Positions 8,315 to 19,115 of a stretch of DNA of 58,938 bases are shown in pieces (the stretch's first letter is position 1; the number at the start of each line of letters is the position of its first letter). Source of the stretch: Ruminococcus sp. Lineage in GTDB: Bacteria > Bacillota > Clostridia > Oscillospirales > Ruminococcaceae. Made by a program: the position numbers and the translations under genes. The notes below the pieces were generated by a model that searched no databases, was not told the origin of the DNA, and worked only from the letters and a program-made list of their open reading frames with translations. The stretch is from the NCBI GenBank assembly GCA_015066905.1, contig SVNN01000001.1, positions 1-58,938 on the forward strand. The letters are read 5' to 3'.

Positions 8315-10408
8315 ATGAGCGAAATCAATAAGCGATTCGGCTGTATGGTCTTCAACGACGCGGTCATGGCACAGCGTCTGCCCAAGCCGATTTATAAAGC
8401 CCTCCGCAAGACCATTTCTGCAGGCACCCATCTGGAGCTGGATGTTGCAAACGTGGTTGCCAACGCGATGAAGGACTGGGCGGTTGAGCGCGGTGTTACC
8501 CATTATACCCACTGGTTCCAGCCGATGACCGGCGTGACCGCAGAAAAGCACGACAGCTTCATTACCCCCGACGGAAACGGCTCGGTGATTATGGAGTTTT
8601 CGGGCAAGGAGCTGGTCAAGGGCGAGCCAGACGCATCCTCGCTCCCGTCGGGCGGACTGCGTGCCACCTTTGAAGCAAGAGGATATACTGCGTGGGATCC
8701 GACCTCCTATGCATTCATCAAGAATAACACATTATATATCCCGACCGTATTCTGCTCCTACGGCGGCGAGGCGCTGGACAAGAAAACACCGCTTCTGCGC
8801 TCGATGGAAGCGCTGGATAAGCAGGCACTGCGCGTACTGCGCCTGTTCGGAAACCAGTCTGTCAGCCGTGTGATCACCACAGTCGGTGCAGAGCAGGAAT
8901 ATTTCCTGATTGACCGCGCGCTGTATGAAAAGCGCAGAGATCTGATCAACTGCGGCAGAACGCTCTTTGGCGCACGTCCGCCCAAGGGACAGGAACTGGA
9001 GGATCACTACTTCGGTGCGATCCCCGCACGCGTCAAGGCGTTTATGCGCGATCTGGACGAGGAACTGTGGCAGCTCGGCGTGATGGCGAAAACGGAGCAC
9101 AACGAAACCGCGCCTGCCCAGCATGAGCTTGCGCCCGTTTTCGCAACCACAAATATTGCCGCAGATCATAATCAGCTGATGATGGAGCTGATGAAGAGCG
9201 TCGCTCAGAAGCATGATCTTGCGTGTCTGCTGCATGAAAAGCCGTTTGCAGGCATGAACGGATCGGGCAAGCACAACAACTGGTCGCTCACGACTGATAC
9301 AGGACTCAATCTGCTGGAACCGGGTGAAACGCCGTTTGAAAACGCACAGTTCCTGCTGTTCCTCTGTGCTGTGATCGAGGCCGTGGACGAATATCAGCCG
9401 CTGCTCCGTATTTCTGTGGCAAGCGCGGGAAATGATCACCGTCTGGGCGCACATGAAGCGCCGCCTGCAATCATCTCCATGTTCCTCGGTGATGAGCTGA
9501 GCGAGATTCTCAATGCGGTTGAGGCAGGCACGATGTATATCGGCAAGGAACAGCTGCAGATGGAGATCGGCGCAACGGTTCTGCCGCACTTCCCCAAGGA
9601 TACCACCGACCGCAACCGTACATCTCCGTTTGCATTTACGGGAAATAAATTTGAATTCAGAAGCCTCGGCTCTACCCAGTCGATCTCCGGCCCGAATACA
9701 ACGCTCAACACCATCGTTGCGGAGATCCTTTCACGCTATGCCGACCGGCTCGAACAGGCGGACGATTTCAAGCACGCGCTGAAAACGCTGATCCGCGAAA
9801 CGATCTCGCAGCATAAGCGGATCATCTTCAACGGCAACAACTACTCGGATGAGTGGGTGGAAGAGGCAGAGCGCAGAGGGCTTTATAACCTCCGCACCAC
9901 GCCCGAAGCGCTGCAGGAATATCTCACACCGCAGCATATCGCCCTGTTTGAAAAGCACGGCGTATATACCGAAACCGAACTGCGCGCAAGATGTGCGGTA
10001 CGACTTTCCAAATATACAAAGACGATTCATATCGAAGCGCTGACGATGCTGGATATGCTCAACAAGGAGATCATTCCTGCGGTCATCAGCTATGAAAACG
10101 AGCTGGCAAAGCTGATGGCGAACAAGAAAGCGATTGGAATTGAATTCTCTACCCAGCTGGAGAGCGACCTGCTGCAGAGCATCAGTCGGCTGGGTGCGAC
10201 GCTTTCCATCCAGCGTGCAGCACTGTCCGACGCGCTGGAGCAGGTAGAGCAGATCAGCGATCCGCTTGCGCGTGCGTCTGCATATTACACCAAGGTGTTC
10301 TCTGCGATGACCGCGCTGCGTGATACTGCAGATCAGCTGGAATCTCTGGTTGATAAGCGGTTCTGGACGCTGCCCAGCTATGACGAAATGCTATATAGCA
10401 TACAGTAA
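8315..10408 (+). CDS. glnA: Glutamine synthetase type III
   Basis: [65 protein letters not shown]; 697 aa. Confidence 0.95.
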   Translation: MSEINKRFGCMVFNDAVMAQRLPKPIYKALRKTISAGTHLELDVANVVANAMKDWAVERGVTHYTHWFQPMTGVTAEKHDSFITPDGNGSVIMEFSGKELVKGEPDASSLPSGGLRATFEARGYTAWDPTSYAFIKNNTLYIPTVFCSYGGEALDKKTPLLRSMEALDKQALRVLRLFGNQSVSRVITTVGAEQEYFLIDRALYEKRRDLINCGRTLFGARPPKGQELEDHYFGAIPARVKAFMRDLDEELWQLGVMAKTEHNETAPAQHELAPVFATTNIAADHNQLMMELMKSVAQKHDLACLLHEKPFAGMNGSGKHNNWSLTTDTGLNLLEPGETPFENAQFLLFLCAVIEAVDEYQPLLRISVASAGNDHRLGAHEAPPAIISMFLGDELSEILNAVEAGTMYIGKEQLQMEIGATVLPHFPKDTTDRNRTSPFAFTGNKFEFRSLGSTQSISGPNTTLNTIVAEILSRYADRLEQADDFKHALKTLIRETISQHKRIIFNGNNYSDEWVEEAERRGLYNLRTTPEALQEYLTPQHIALFEKHGVYTETELRARCAVRLSKYTKTIHIEALTMLDMLNKEIIPAVISYENELAKLMANKKAIGIEFSTQLESDLLQSISRLGATLSIQRAALSDALEQVEQISDPLARASAYYTKVFSAMTALRDTADQLESLVDKRFWTLPSYDEMLYSIQ

Positions 10409-10476
10409 AATAGTTTCAGACTATGTAATGAGATAGAAAAATAGTGTTTGCCTATGTTCTTTTGCTGTGGTATACT
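10409..10476 (+). promoter_or_regulatory. metF promoter with two LysR-type ATAG-N7-CTAT boxes
   Basis: AATAGTTTCAGACTATG (10409-10425) and AATAGTGTTTGCCTATG (10440-10456); TTGCCT-17-TATACT (10448-10476). Confidence 0.6.
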
Positions 10477-10516
10477 GGATAAGAACCGATATTTTGGAAG
10501 AAAGCAGGAAAGAAAG

Positions 10517-11386
10517 ATGGAAAACACAGAAATTTTCCGCGCAGGAAAATGCGCGATCTCATTTGAAGTATTCCCTCCGAAGCCCACGACGCCGCCCGAA
10601 AGCGTCTATCAGGCGATTGAGGCGATCAGCAAGCGCAACCCGGCATTCATCAGTGTAACGGCAGGCGCCGGCGGCAGTAAGAATGCCGAAAAGACGCTGG
10701 AGATCGCAAAAGCCATTCAGGACGACTACGGCGTGCCCAGCATGGCGCATATGCCTTGCATCAACCTCACCAAGGAAGATGTACTGACGCTGCTGGAGGA
10801 ATTCAAACAGGCAGGAATCCGCAACATTCTTGCACTCCGCGGCGACCGTACGCCCGGCGTGATTCCCAAGACGGACTTCCAGTATGCGAGTGACCTCATC
10901 TCCTTCATCCGTGAGCATGGTGATTTCAATATCATCGGTGCATGCTATCCCGAAGGACACAGCGAGTCACAGGGACTCATCGAGGATATCTGGAATCTGA
11001 AAAAGAAGGTTGATGCAGGCACGAACGGACTGATTACACAGCTGTTTTTAAGCAACCGCTACTTCTACGCGTTCCGTGAGCGTGTAGCGATGACCGGTAT
11101 CGACGTGCCGATCTCTGCCGGGATTATGCCTGTCACAAGCCTTGGACAGATCAAGAGAATGTGCGAGCTGAGCAACGCAAAGCTGCCGAAACAGCTGGTC
11201 GCAATCCTTACGAAATATGAGAAGGATCCCGTTTCGCTCAGAGCCGCAGGTATCGAATATGCCGTGAACCAGATCCGTGATCTGATCCTCCACGGCGTTG
11301 ACGGCATCCACATCTACACGATGAACAACCCTGAAACCGCAGATCTCATCTGCAACGAGATTCTGGATCTGATTCCATATCTGTAA
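10517..11386 (+). CDS. metF: 5,10-methylenetetrahydrofolate reductase
   Basis: SFEVFPPK, NILALRGD, ACYPEGH, ITQLF, GIHIYTMN. Confidence 0.94.
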   Translation: MENTEIFRAGKCAISFEVFPPKPTTPPESVYQAIEAISKRNPAFISVTAGAGGSKNAEKTLEIAKAIQDDYGVPSMAHMPCINLTKEDVLTLLEEFKQAGIRNILALRGDRTPGVIPKTDFQYASDLISFIREHGDFNIIGACYPEGHSESQGLIEDIWNLKKKVDAGTNGLITQLFLSNRYFYAFRERVAMTGIDVPISAGIMPVTSLGQIKRMCELSNAKLPKQLVAILTKYEKDPVSLRAAGIEYAVNQIRDLILHGVDGIHIYTMNNPETADLICNEILDLIPYL

Positions 11387-11390
11387 AAAA

Positions 11391-11423
11391 GAACCGCCTG
11401 ATGGATTTCATCAGGCGGTTTTC
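11391..11423. terminator. Bidirectional terminator
   Basis: AACCGCCTGATG/CATCAGGCGGTT between convergent genes. Confidence 0.8.
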
Positions 11424-11443
11424 ATATTTTGTGGGGTCGTTTT

Positions 11444-11719
11444 TCAGGATGCGTTTGCGCGGTCGAGCCATGCAGCAGCGAGATCAAGTGCCTCATAAAG
11501 GCTTTCGCGTTCGCCCGTCTTGGAGATCGCCTCCATCGGGTTGAGCTTCTCGTCAGTGGACATCAGATAAAGCTTGACTTTCGTTGCAATATCCATTCCC
11601 TGTTCCTGCTTGGTATTCAGAATCTGCATCCATACAACATAGTCATCAGCCATGCTGCCGTAGTAGATTTCCTTCTTGTTCCGCACCAGCGGGTAATCCT
11701 TATAAGTGAAGTAGTTCAT
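11444..11719 (-). CDS. Hypothetical 91-aa soluble protein
   Basis: RBS AAAGGGGG, host-like codon use, last gene before the terminator. Confidence 0.75.
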   Translation of the reverse strand: MNYFTYKDYPLVRNKKEIYYGSMADDYVVWMQILNTKQEQGMDIATKVKLYLMSTDEKLNPMEAISKTGERESLYEALDLAAAWLDRANAS

Positions 11720-11755
11720 GGTATAAAGTCCCCCTTTGTTGTGTTGGTTGCGTGG

Positions 11756-13222
11756 TTACCAGGTGAGTACGAAGTCCTCAGCGGTATGAAACAGCGCCAT
11801 ATTCTTCAGCAAGGTATCCACATACGTTCTGCGGCAGCGGAATGCACACACACCATCTACGACGATGTAGCACTTTCTGCCCTCCGCCTCGTAAAATTCG
11901 ACTGTCTGTTCCTTCAGACCGTCCTGACGCGTCAGCTTGATGGAGGCAAGCTTCTTGGTGGTCGGAACCGGCTCGTTGATCAGCAGATCCTCGCCCGAGG
12001 TCTTGAGCAAAAATGCATAGAACTGGCGGAACCGCTCGGTGAGGATCTCCTCGCCGTTGAGGGTTACGATATAATCCTCCTTGTTGGATCCCATGCCTTC
12101 AAAGTGCATGGTTTCGTAGCCGTCTGCTTCCACAGTCAGCGTGCCGATATCCCAGACATAGGTGATGACGATCAGTTTTGCAGCGATATCCACGGGCTGA
12201 ACAGTGACCCATGCAGCCTGATCGGCGGTGAATTCGTAGATTGCATCAACACCGTCGTACATACCGTAGTAGTAGGTGACGCCGTCTTCGCCCTCAAAGC
12301 TTTTGCCGAAGGTCATCTTCTGGGTTTTGTTGTCGGAGGTTTCTACCGTGACGGTGCAGAACGGTTTGTCCAGACCGGTTTTGGTGATATCCGCTTCGGA
12401 CGGATGTCCTACATAGACCTTGGATGCGGTGAGTCCGTACATGCCGTGTGTGATCGCAGCCGATTTTTCGACATTGACATTACAGGGCGTCGGGGAAGTC
12501 ATGATGTGGCTTGCGGTTGTACCGCCGCTTTCCTGCTCCGCGTAGAACTTGTCATATTCTACGACGATGTCGAAGTCGATATCCTCGCGGTCGATCGTTA
12601 CCTTTTCTACAATAGTTTCATCGCCCTCTGCCTGTGCTGCCGTAATCATACAGTCGAGATAGCCTGTCGTGGGCATCAGGAAGGGGGAGACCGCCGAGGT
12701 GAGCAGGGTATAGACCGTTCCGTCGATCAGAACGTACTGTTCTGTACCAAGGGGAGAAACATCGCCGACCTCAACACGAAGTACCGTACCGTCTTCGAGA
12801 TAGCCCACAGCAACCGCCTGGGGCTTGTCGAGTCCGTACCGGCTCAGATCGGAGGGGTTTTCTTCAACGGTCTTCTGTGCGGTGACCGTACCGATGCGCG
12901 TTGCAACGGTACGGATCAGCGTGGTATTGATCGGGAGGGTTTCATATCCCTTTACAGTGAAGTTTGCGACATCAGAACCGTCATCCGCGGAGGTGATCTG
13001 ATCCGTGCGGACGATGGTATAAGCGTCGTCGCCGTAGGTGATATCAACGTGGTCTACTTCCAGATTGTCATGACTCCAGAGGACAGTCGTGGTGCTGTCA
13101 ACCGAGCTGACAGATTCGTTCGGCTCGGGATCTGGCTTGGTGACATTCAGCAGAATGAGCGTGCCGGACAGAACGCCCAGCGCGATGCCGCCGGCGATGA
13201 TGCCCTTGACGGTTTTGTTCAT
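11756..13222 (-). CDS. DUF4340-domain membrane-anchored protein
   Basis: N-terminal TM, two repeats bearing DLSRYGLDKP / DITKTGLDKP; follows the GldG-like gene with a 4-bp overlap. Confidence 0.8.
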   Translation of the reverse strand: MNKTVKGIIAGGIALGVLSGTLILLNVTKPDPEPNESVSSVDSTTTVLWSHDNLEVDHVDITYGDDAYTIVRTDQITSADDGSDVANFTVKGYETLPINTTLIRTVATRIGTVTAQKTVEENPSDLSRYGLDKPQAVAVGYLEDGTVLRVEVGDVSPLGTEQYVLIDGTVYTLLTSAVSPFLMPTTGYLDCMITAAQAEGDETIVEKVTIDREDIDFDIVVEYDKFYAEQESGGTTASHIMTSPTPCNVNVEKSAAITHGMYGLTASKVYVGHPSEADITKTGLDKPFCTVTVETSDNKTQKMTFGKSFEGEDGVTYYYGMYDGVDAIYEFTADQAAWVTVQPVDIAAKLIVITYVWDIGTLTVEADGYETMHFEGMGSNKEDYIVTLNGEEILTERFRQFYAFLLKTSGEDLLINEPVPTTKKLASIKLTRQDGLKEQTVEFYEAEGRKCYIVVDGVCAFRCRRTYVDTLLKNMALFHTAEDFVLTW

Positions 13223-14928
13223 CGGTTTCTTCTCCTTACATATACGACGATTCCAATCAGAATGACGATTGCGGGGATTACAAGGACAACGACATTGCGG
13301 AGTCCGGTGAGCTGACCCTCGGTGATTGCGATTGTGGTCTGCTCAAGTTCCTTGGGCTGGATGACCATTGTGGCTTCCTTGCCGACCATGGTGTTTACTG
13401 CGCCGACAACATATTCCGCGTTGCGGTATGCGTTGTTCTGTGCGACATAGTAGTCAACCAGCGAGCAGGAACCCATGACCATCAGTTGACTGGAGTATGA
13501 TTCAGAGCCGGAGTAGAACGAGGTGGTGGATACTGCCATCAGGTTCTGTACGCCGGTCTCAGCGGTTTCCTGATTGAAGGTGGTGGTAGTGGTTTCAGCC
13601 GATTCGCCGTCTGCGAGCTGATCCTCGTCACTGGGCTTTGCAGAAGAAGTGATCGGACGGAGGAAAGCGGTCGAAGAGGACTGCAGCAGGCTTGCGGTTG
13701 CACGGTCGTTGTTTGCCTCCCAGAGGAGATTGATCGGGCGGCAGAGCGGTGCAACGATCGGGAGCTTGGAGTCGGTGAGATTTGCGTTGTACTTTTCGTT
13801 ATCGGTGATCACCGCGGTGGGAATGCTGTTTGCGGTGCCGATTGCAAGCTGTACATACTGTGCGGAGGAAGCGTCGCCCTCATAGATGACGCTGTCGCCG
13901 ATCTCGATGCCCCAGACTTCGAGGAAGCCTTCCAGGTTCGGCTGTTCGGGAGCCTGATAGCCGTCGGCGATATAGAGCATATTCTTGCCGTATTTGCCGT
14001 CGTTGTAGAGGAATGCTTCGATCTTCTGTACCATTGCCTCGGTGAGGTCGTTGTACGGTGCCGGGAGGACAACCAGATCATAGGTTGCAGGTGCAATCTC
14101 GTCGTTCATGATGTCCACAGCAACGACATCGTAGCCGTTCTTTTCGAGCAGCTCCTGCAGGATCTGGATCGAATACTGGTTATATTCGTAGTAGATCGCG
14201 CTGCCTGCCACGGTGGTGACGAATGCAACGGTCTTGGGATTTGCGTCGGTCACGCTCATGATTGCACTGGTGATGGACTGCTCGCCCACGAAGGTGTAAT
14301 CATATACATACTGATAGGTGTTGTAGTCGATGCTCTGCTCGGTCTGGATGACATCGCCGAAGTTGATGACCTTGACGCGCTCACCGCATTTTACTACGAT
14401 GTCGCCTTCCTGGATGGTGCCGCTGTAATACTTGGCGTATGCGTTGACAGCCTCCGGATTTGCGGTCATATCGTAATATTTGACGGTCAGCTCCGAAGCG
14501 GAATACTGGCGGTATTTATCCAGCACCTCGGGGATCATCTTGAGGTAGGAGCTTCCTGTCTGGAAGTAGCTTTCCTCATACATGACAGCGATTTCGATTT
14601 CCTTATCGACGGTTTTCATAAAGTCGATACTCTCCTGCGAGATCTCGTAGAGCTTGTCAGCGGTGAGGTCGAGCTTGAGCGGATAGCGGTCCATGATCGT
14701 GCTGACAACAACGTTGAGCAGGACGATTGCCGCGATGAAGATTGCGGTGATTGCGGTTGCAAGCGAACCATATTTCAGCTTTTTGCGGTTGAAATTCAGC
14801 TTTTTCTTCGGCTTTGCTTCAGCAGCAGAATCAGCCTTTGCATCGGATTTTGCCTTAGAATCTGCCTTTTTTTCATCTTTGTTCAGATTTACAGCAGACT
14901 CCTGCTTCTTGTTTTCTTCGTTCTTCAT
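13219..14928 (-). CDS. GldG-family ABC-transporter auxiliary component
   Basis: N- and C-terminal TMs, KLDLTADKLYEIS, GEQSITSAIMSVT, P.NDLT motifs. Confidence 0.82.
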   Translation of the reverse strand: MKNEENKKQESAVNLNKDEKKADSKAKSDAKADSAAEAKPKKKLNFNRKKLKYGSLATAITAIFIAAIVLLNVVVSTIMDRYPLKLDLTADKLYEISQESIDFMKTVDKEIEIAVMYEESYFQTGSSYLKMIPEVLDKYRQYSASELTVKYYDMTANPEAVNAYAKYYSGTIQEGDIVVKCGERVKVINFGDVIQTEQSIDYNTYQYVYDYTFVGEQSITSAIMSVTDANPKTVAFVTTVAGSAIYYEYNQYSIQILQELLEKNGYDVVAVDIMNDEIAPATYDLVVLPAPYNDLTEAMVQKIEAFLYNDGKYGKNMLYIADGYQAPEQPNLEGFLEVWGIEIGDSVIYEGDASSAQYVQLAIGTANSIPTAVITDNEKYNANLTDSKLPIVAPLCRPINLLWEANNDRATASLLQSSSTAFLRPITSSAKPSDEDQLADGESAETTTTTFNQETAETGVQNLMAVSTTSFYSGSESYSSQLMVMGSCSLVDYYVAQNNAYRNAEYVVGAVNTMVGKEATMVIQPKELEQTTIAITEGQLTGLRNVVVLVIPAIVILIGIVVYVRRRNR

Positions 14929-14951
14929 AATCGGTAATGCTCCTCCTTTCT

Positions 14952-15656
14952 TTATGCCCAGCGGCGGCGTTCAAAGACGCGGATCGTCAGGAAGTTGAAG
15001 ATGACCGCAACGCTGATATAGAACAGAACGCTGGGGAGGTTGAACAGACCGCAGGTAAACTCGTAGTAACGGGTGTAGAAGGAAAGTGCGGTCAGGATCT
15101 TCTGGATGATCTCAACATTGACATAGCCTGCAACGACGTCGATCATATAGAGCAGCATCAGTGCAACAAAGCTGCCGACTGCCGCAACGATCTGGTTTTC
15201 TGTCAGTGCGGATACCAGCAGACCGACAGAGATGAACGCAGCGCCCAGCAAAAAGAGCGCGAGGAAGTTTGCAAAGCAGATGCCCCAGCTGATCGTGCCG
15301 AAGAAACTGAGGATCAGTCCGAAGAGCAGCGTAATGCTGATTGCGATTGTGTAAAGGGTGAGTGCAGCAAAATATTTGCCGAGGACGATGCCCGAAAGGC
15401 TGACCGGTGCGGTCAGGAGTCCCTGGTCTGTCTTTTGTTTGAGTTCCTCACTGAAGAGCTTCATCGTGAGGATCGGAATGAGAAATACAACGACCATGAA
15501 CAGGCTGGAGAACATTCCGGACATATCAGTGGTCGCGCCCGCAAGACTGGAGCCGTAGAAGAACCAGCCTGCGAAGAGATAAAATACGGCAAGGAAAATA
15601 TATGCCATGCTGGAGGAGAAGAACGCCCCCAGCTCACGTCTGTAAATTGCGCCCAT
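14952..15656 (-). CDS. ABC-2 permease, GldF-like
   Basis: AIYRREL..FF.S, LTMKLFSEELKQKTDQGLLTAP, SALTENQIVAA. Confidence 0.88.
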   Translation of the reverse strand: MGAIYRRELGAFFSSSMAYIFLAVFYLFAGWFFYGSSLAGATTDMSGMFSSLFMVVVFLIPILTMKLFSEELKQKTDQGLLTAPVSLSGIVLGKYFAALTLYTIAISITLLFGLILSFFGTISWGICFANFLALFLLGAAFISVGLLVSALTENQIVAAVGSFVALMLLYMIDVVAGYVNVEIIQKILTALSFYTRYYEFTCGLFNLPSVLFYISVAVIFNFLTIRVFERRRWA

Positions 15657-15657
15657 G

Positions 15658-16644
15658 TTACTTGTCTCCTCCTTCCCCGGTCTGAGCCTGCTTGCTGCTC
15701 GGGACTACGATTCCTTCGCCCATGGTGATCTTCAGGAATACGTCCTCAAGCGTGAGATCGCTTGTACGCATTGCAAGGATCGGCCAGTCGTGCTCACGGA
15801 GGATCTTGTTGATATCGCGGCGGATGTCCATGCCGGCAGCCGCTTCGATCTCATATTCATATACGCCCGGCTCGCGCTCCATGTCGGCGCGGACATATTT
15901 GATGCCTTCGATATTGCGGATTGCGCGGACGATCTCCTCGCGGTCGCCTTCAATACGCATCGTCAGACGGTGGTCTGTGGTGACGTTTTTGGAGAGCACG
16001 TCGGTGGTATCATCCGCGGCGATTACGCCCTTGTTGATGATGATGATACGGTCGCAGACCGCCTGAATCTCAGACAGGATGTGCGAGGAAAGGATGACCG
16101 TGTGGTTCTTTCCGAGTTTTTTGATCAGTGTGCGGATCTCCAGGATCTGTTTCGGGTCGAGACCGACAGTCGGTTCGTCGAGAATCAGGACAGGCGGATT
16201 TCCGACCAGTGCCTGTGCAACGCCGACACGCTGACGATAACCCTTGGACAGGTGCTTGATGATTCTGTCCTGTACATCGGTGATCTTGCACAGAGAACAG
16301 ACATCCTGCAGATGTGCCTTTCGGGGCAGCTTGCAGTGCTTTAAGTCATAAACAAAGTTGAGATATGCCTTTACCGTCATATCTACATACAGCGGCGGAA
16401 GCTCCGGCAGATAGCCGATGTTCTTCTTTGCCGCGATCGGATCTTCCAGAATGTCAACACCGTTGATGAGCGCCTGACCGGAAGTTGAGGAGATATATCC
16501 CGTCAGCATATTCATCGTGGTGGATTTTCCCGCACCGTTCGGGCCGAGAAAGCCGAGAATTTCACCATCCTCTACGGTAAAGCTGATGTCATTGACCGCT
16601 TTTTTGTCACCGTAGTGTTTGGTAAGGTTTCGCACCTCAATCAT
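15658..16644 (-). CDS. ABC transporter ATP-binding protein, GldA-like
   Basis: GPNGAGKST, LSKGYRQR, LILDEPTVGLDP; RBS AGGAGG before ATG 16644. Confidence 0.92.
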   Translation of the reverse strand: MIEVRNLTKHYGDKKAVNDISFTVEDGEILGFLGPNGAGKSTTMNMLTGYISSTSGQALINGVDILEDPIAAKKNIGYLPELPPLYVDMTVKAYLNFVYDLKHCKLPRKAHLQDVCSLCKITDVQDRIIKHLSKGYRQRVGVAQALVGNPPVLILDEPTVGLDPKQILEIRTLIKKLGKNHTVILSSHILSEIQAVCDRIIIINKGVIAADDTTDVLSKNVTTDHRLTMRIEGDREEIVRAIRNIEGIKYVRADMEREPGVYEYEIEAAAGMDIRRDINKILREHDWPILAMRTSDLTLEDVFLKITMGEGIVVPSSKQAQTGEGGDK

Positions 16645-16733
16645 GTTTGTGGTTCCTCCTATCAAAGCTTATATCTGCACATTGCAACAGTTTAGCAGAT
16701 AAATGTGATAATTATATGACAATCCATTGAAAG

Positions 16734-18179
16734 TTAACCGCCCAGCTGTGCAATACCCTTGCGAATGCGGCAGAGCGTGTCCGCTTTACCCAGAATCGCG
16801 CAGAGTTCTACACCGCCGCCGGGAGATACCTGTTTGCCCGAAACTGCGGTGCGGACAGGCCAGAGCAGCCAGCCGTTCTTGACCTCCATCTGTGCAGCAA
16901 GTCCCATCAGCGCGTCGTGGATCGTGGTGACATTCCAGTCGTCGATCGCTTCCAGCACGGGGAGTACGGCGTTCAGCGCGGTGAGAGAGGATTCCTCTGT
17001 GGTTTTCATCTTCTTGTGGCAGTACATCGCGTTGTCATATGCAGGCAGCGCGTCGATGAAGTCCACCTGGTCGATGACATCGGGCAGAACCTCGGTACGC
17101 GGCTGGAGCACCTGCGCGAGCACGCGGATATCGTAGTCGGTGCGCTGGATTGCCTGATCCAGATAGGGCTTGATCTTTTCAATATAGGCATCCAGCGGCA
17201 GATTGCGGACATAGACCGCGTTGATCGCCTTGAGCTTGACGGGATCAAAGATCGCGGGTGCCTTGGAGATGCCGTCGAGGCTGAATTCCTCGATCAGCTG
17301 CTCGAGGGTGAAGATCTCCTCCTCGCCCTTGGGTGCCCATCCGAGCAGGGCGATATAGTTGACGACCGCCTCTGCGAGATAGCCCTTGGCGATCAGATCC
17401 TCAAAAGATGCGTCGCCGTTGCGCTTGGAGAGCTTTGCGTGTGCGTCCTTCATAACGGGGGCGCAGTGGACATATTTCGGAACCTCCCAGCCGAACGCCT
17501 CATAGAGGAGGTTATATTTCGGTGCGCTGGAGAGATATTCGTTTCCGCGGACAACGTGCGTGATGCCCATCAGGTGATCGTCCACGACATTTGCGAAGTT
17601 GTAGGTCGGCATACCGTCGGTCTTGATCAGAATCTGGTCGTCGAGCGCGGCATTTTCCACAGTGATATCGCCGTAGATCTCGTCGTGGAAGGTGGTTTCT
17701 CCTGTTTTCGGCATCTTCTGGCGGATGACATAGGGTGTGCCGGCGGCAAGCTTTGCGGCAACCTCCTCCTCAGGGAGATCGCGGCAGTGGCCGTCGTACA
17801 TAGCACCCAGCGCATCAGCTTCATGCAGCTTGGCAAGACGCTCCTTGTCGCAGAAGCAGTAATAAGCCTTTCCTGCCTTGACGAGCTGTTCGGCATATTC
17901 CTTGAACATACCCATACGCTCTGACTGGACATAGGGACCGAAGTCGCCGCCGACATCAGGACCTTCGTCCCAGTTCATGCCTGCAAGGCGGAGGGTTTTG
18001 TAGATGACGTCTGTTGCGCCCTCGACATACCGCTCCTGATCGGTATCCTCGATGCGGAGGATAAAGTCGCCGCCGTTTTTGCGTGCGATGAAGTAGGTAT
18101 ACAGCGCAGTACGCAGATTTCCGATGTGCATATAGCCGGTCGGGCTCGGCGCAAAGCGTGTGCGGACACGATTGCTCAT
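16734..18179 (-). CDS. gltX: Glutamate--tRNA ligase
   Basis: [25 protein letters not shown]. Confidence 0.96.
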   Translation of the reverse strand: MSNRVRTRFAPSPTGYMHIGNLRTALYTYFIARKNGGDFILRIEDTDQERYVEGATDVIYKTLRLAGMNWDEGPDVGGDFGPYVQSERMGMFKEYAEQLVKAGKAYYCFCDKERLAKLHEADALGAMYDGHCRDLPEEEVAAKLAAGTPYVIRQKMPKTGETTFHDEIYGDITVENAALDDQILIKTDGMPTYNFANVVDDHLMGITHVVRGNEYLSSAPKYNLLYEAFGWEVPKYVHCAPVMKDAHAKLSKRNGDASFEDLIAKGYLAEAVVNYIALLGWAPKGEEEIFTLEQLIEEFSLDGISKAPAIFDPVKLKAINAVYVRNLPLDAYIEKIKPYLDQAIQRTDYDIRVLAQVLQPRTEVLPDVIDQVDFIDALPAYDNAMYCHKKMKTTEESSLTALNAVLPVLEAIDDWNVTTIHDALMGLAAQMEVKNGWLLWPVRTAVSGKQVSPGGGVELCAILGKADTLCRIRKGIAQLGG

Positions 18180-19099
18180 ATTGTCATTCCTCCTAGTTTA
18201 TTGAAGTATTCCTGTGCAGTGATACAGTCGCGGTGCAGCTGATTTTGCAGCTCTGTTTTGGAACCGAACCGTTGTTCACTGCGGATGAAGGAACAGAGTG
18301 TTACAGTAACAGTTTCTCCGTAGAGGATCTCATTCTGGTTCATGATGTGCGTTTCCGCAATCGGAGCGGTCAGATCGCCGATCGTCGGACGGAATCCGAT
18401 GTTGGTGATCGACGGGAACCATTGTCCGCGGCGGAGTGCGAGTGAAGCATATACACCGGTGCGGGGAATGCACTGACCCTCGGAAAAACGCTGATTCAGC
18501 GTGGGAAAGCCCAGTGTTCTGCCGATCTCGTTGCCGTGATGCACAACGCCTGTGAGGCGGTAGGAAGCACCGAGCAGTGTGTTTGCCTCCGCAAGATCTC
18601 CCTGCTTGAGCAGAGCGCGGATCCGGCTGGAGGAGACACGCATTCCGTTCATTTCCACCGCGGGGACAGGCTCGACCGAAAAGCCGTAGCGGTCGCCGAA
18701 GCGGATCAGGTCGCTGACGTCATACGCCGCGCCGCGTCCGAAACGGAAATCCTCGCCGCAGATGACGGCAGAGGCGTTGAGGATGTCACGGAGAATATAG
18801 GCGGCAAATGCCTCGCCGCTGTGAAAGGAATAGTCCGCGAAATCGGCGGAGAAAATGCCCTGAATTCCGCAGGCGGCAAGCAGGGCGCGTTTTTGCAGAT
18901 CACTGTAGAGATAAGATACAAAGCGCGCCTGTTTCTGCTGTACAGAGGATGCGGAAAAGGTGAACACGCAGGGCAGCAGCCCGCGCTTTGCAAGTGCGGC
19001 ATTGATGACCGCGCGGTGTCCGAGATGGACGCCGTCAAAGATGCCGAGTGCAACTGCGGTATGGCTGCCGCAGCGCGACTCCGGCGAGAAATTCAGCAA
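18176..19099 (-). CDS. ribF: Riboflavin kinase/FAD synthetase (start uncertain, TTG 19099)
   Basis: [37 protein letters not shown]; RBS AAAGGAG overlapping the truB stop. Confidence 0.9.
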   Translation of the reverse strand: MLNFSPESRCGSHTAVALGIFDGVHLGHRAVINAALAKRGLLPCVFTFSASSVQQKQARFVSYLYSDLQKRALLAACGIQGIFSADFADYSFHSGEAFAAYILRDILNASAVICGEDFRFGRGAAYDVSDLIRFGDRYGFSVEPVPAVEMNGMRVSSSRIRALLKQGDLAEANTLLGASYRLTGVVHHGNEIGRTLGFPTLNQRFSEGQCIPRTGVYASLALRRGQWFPSITNIGFRPTIGDLTAPIAETHIMNQNEILYGETVTVTLCSFIRSEQRFGSKTELQNQLHRDCITAQEYFNKLGGMTI

Positions 19100-19115
19100 A
19101 TCCGGGCAGCTCCTT

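Noticed and set aside
11429-13315. Long antisense ORFs (also 22179-24251, 26841-28109, 37111-38478, 42350-43969, 54721-56226, 56677-58746)
   Set aside because: They mirror well-supported genes on the opposite strand, lack RBSs and recognisable motifs, and are expected from codon bias in GC-rich coding DNA.
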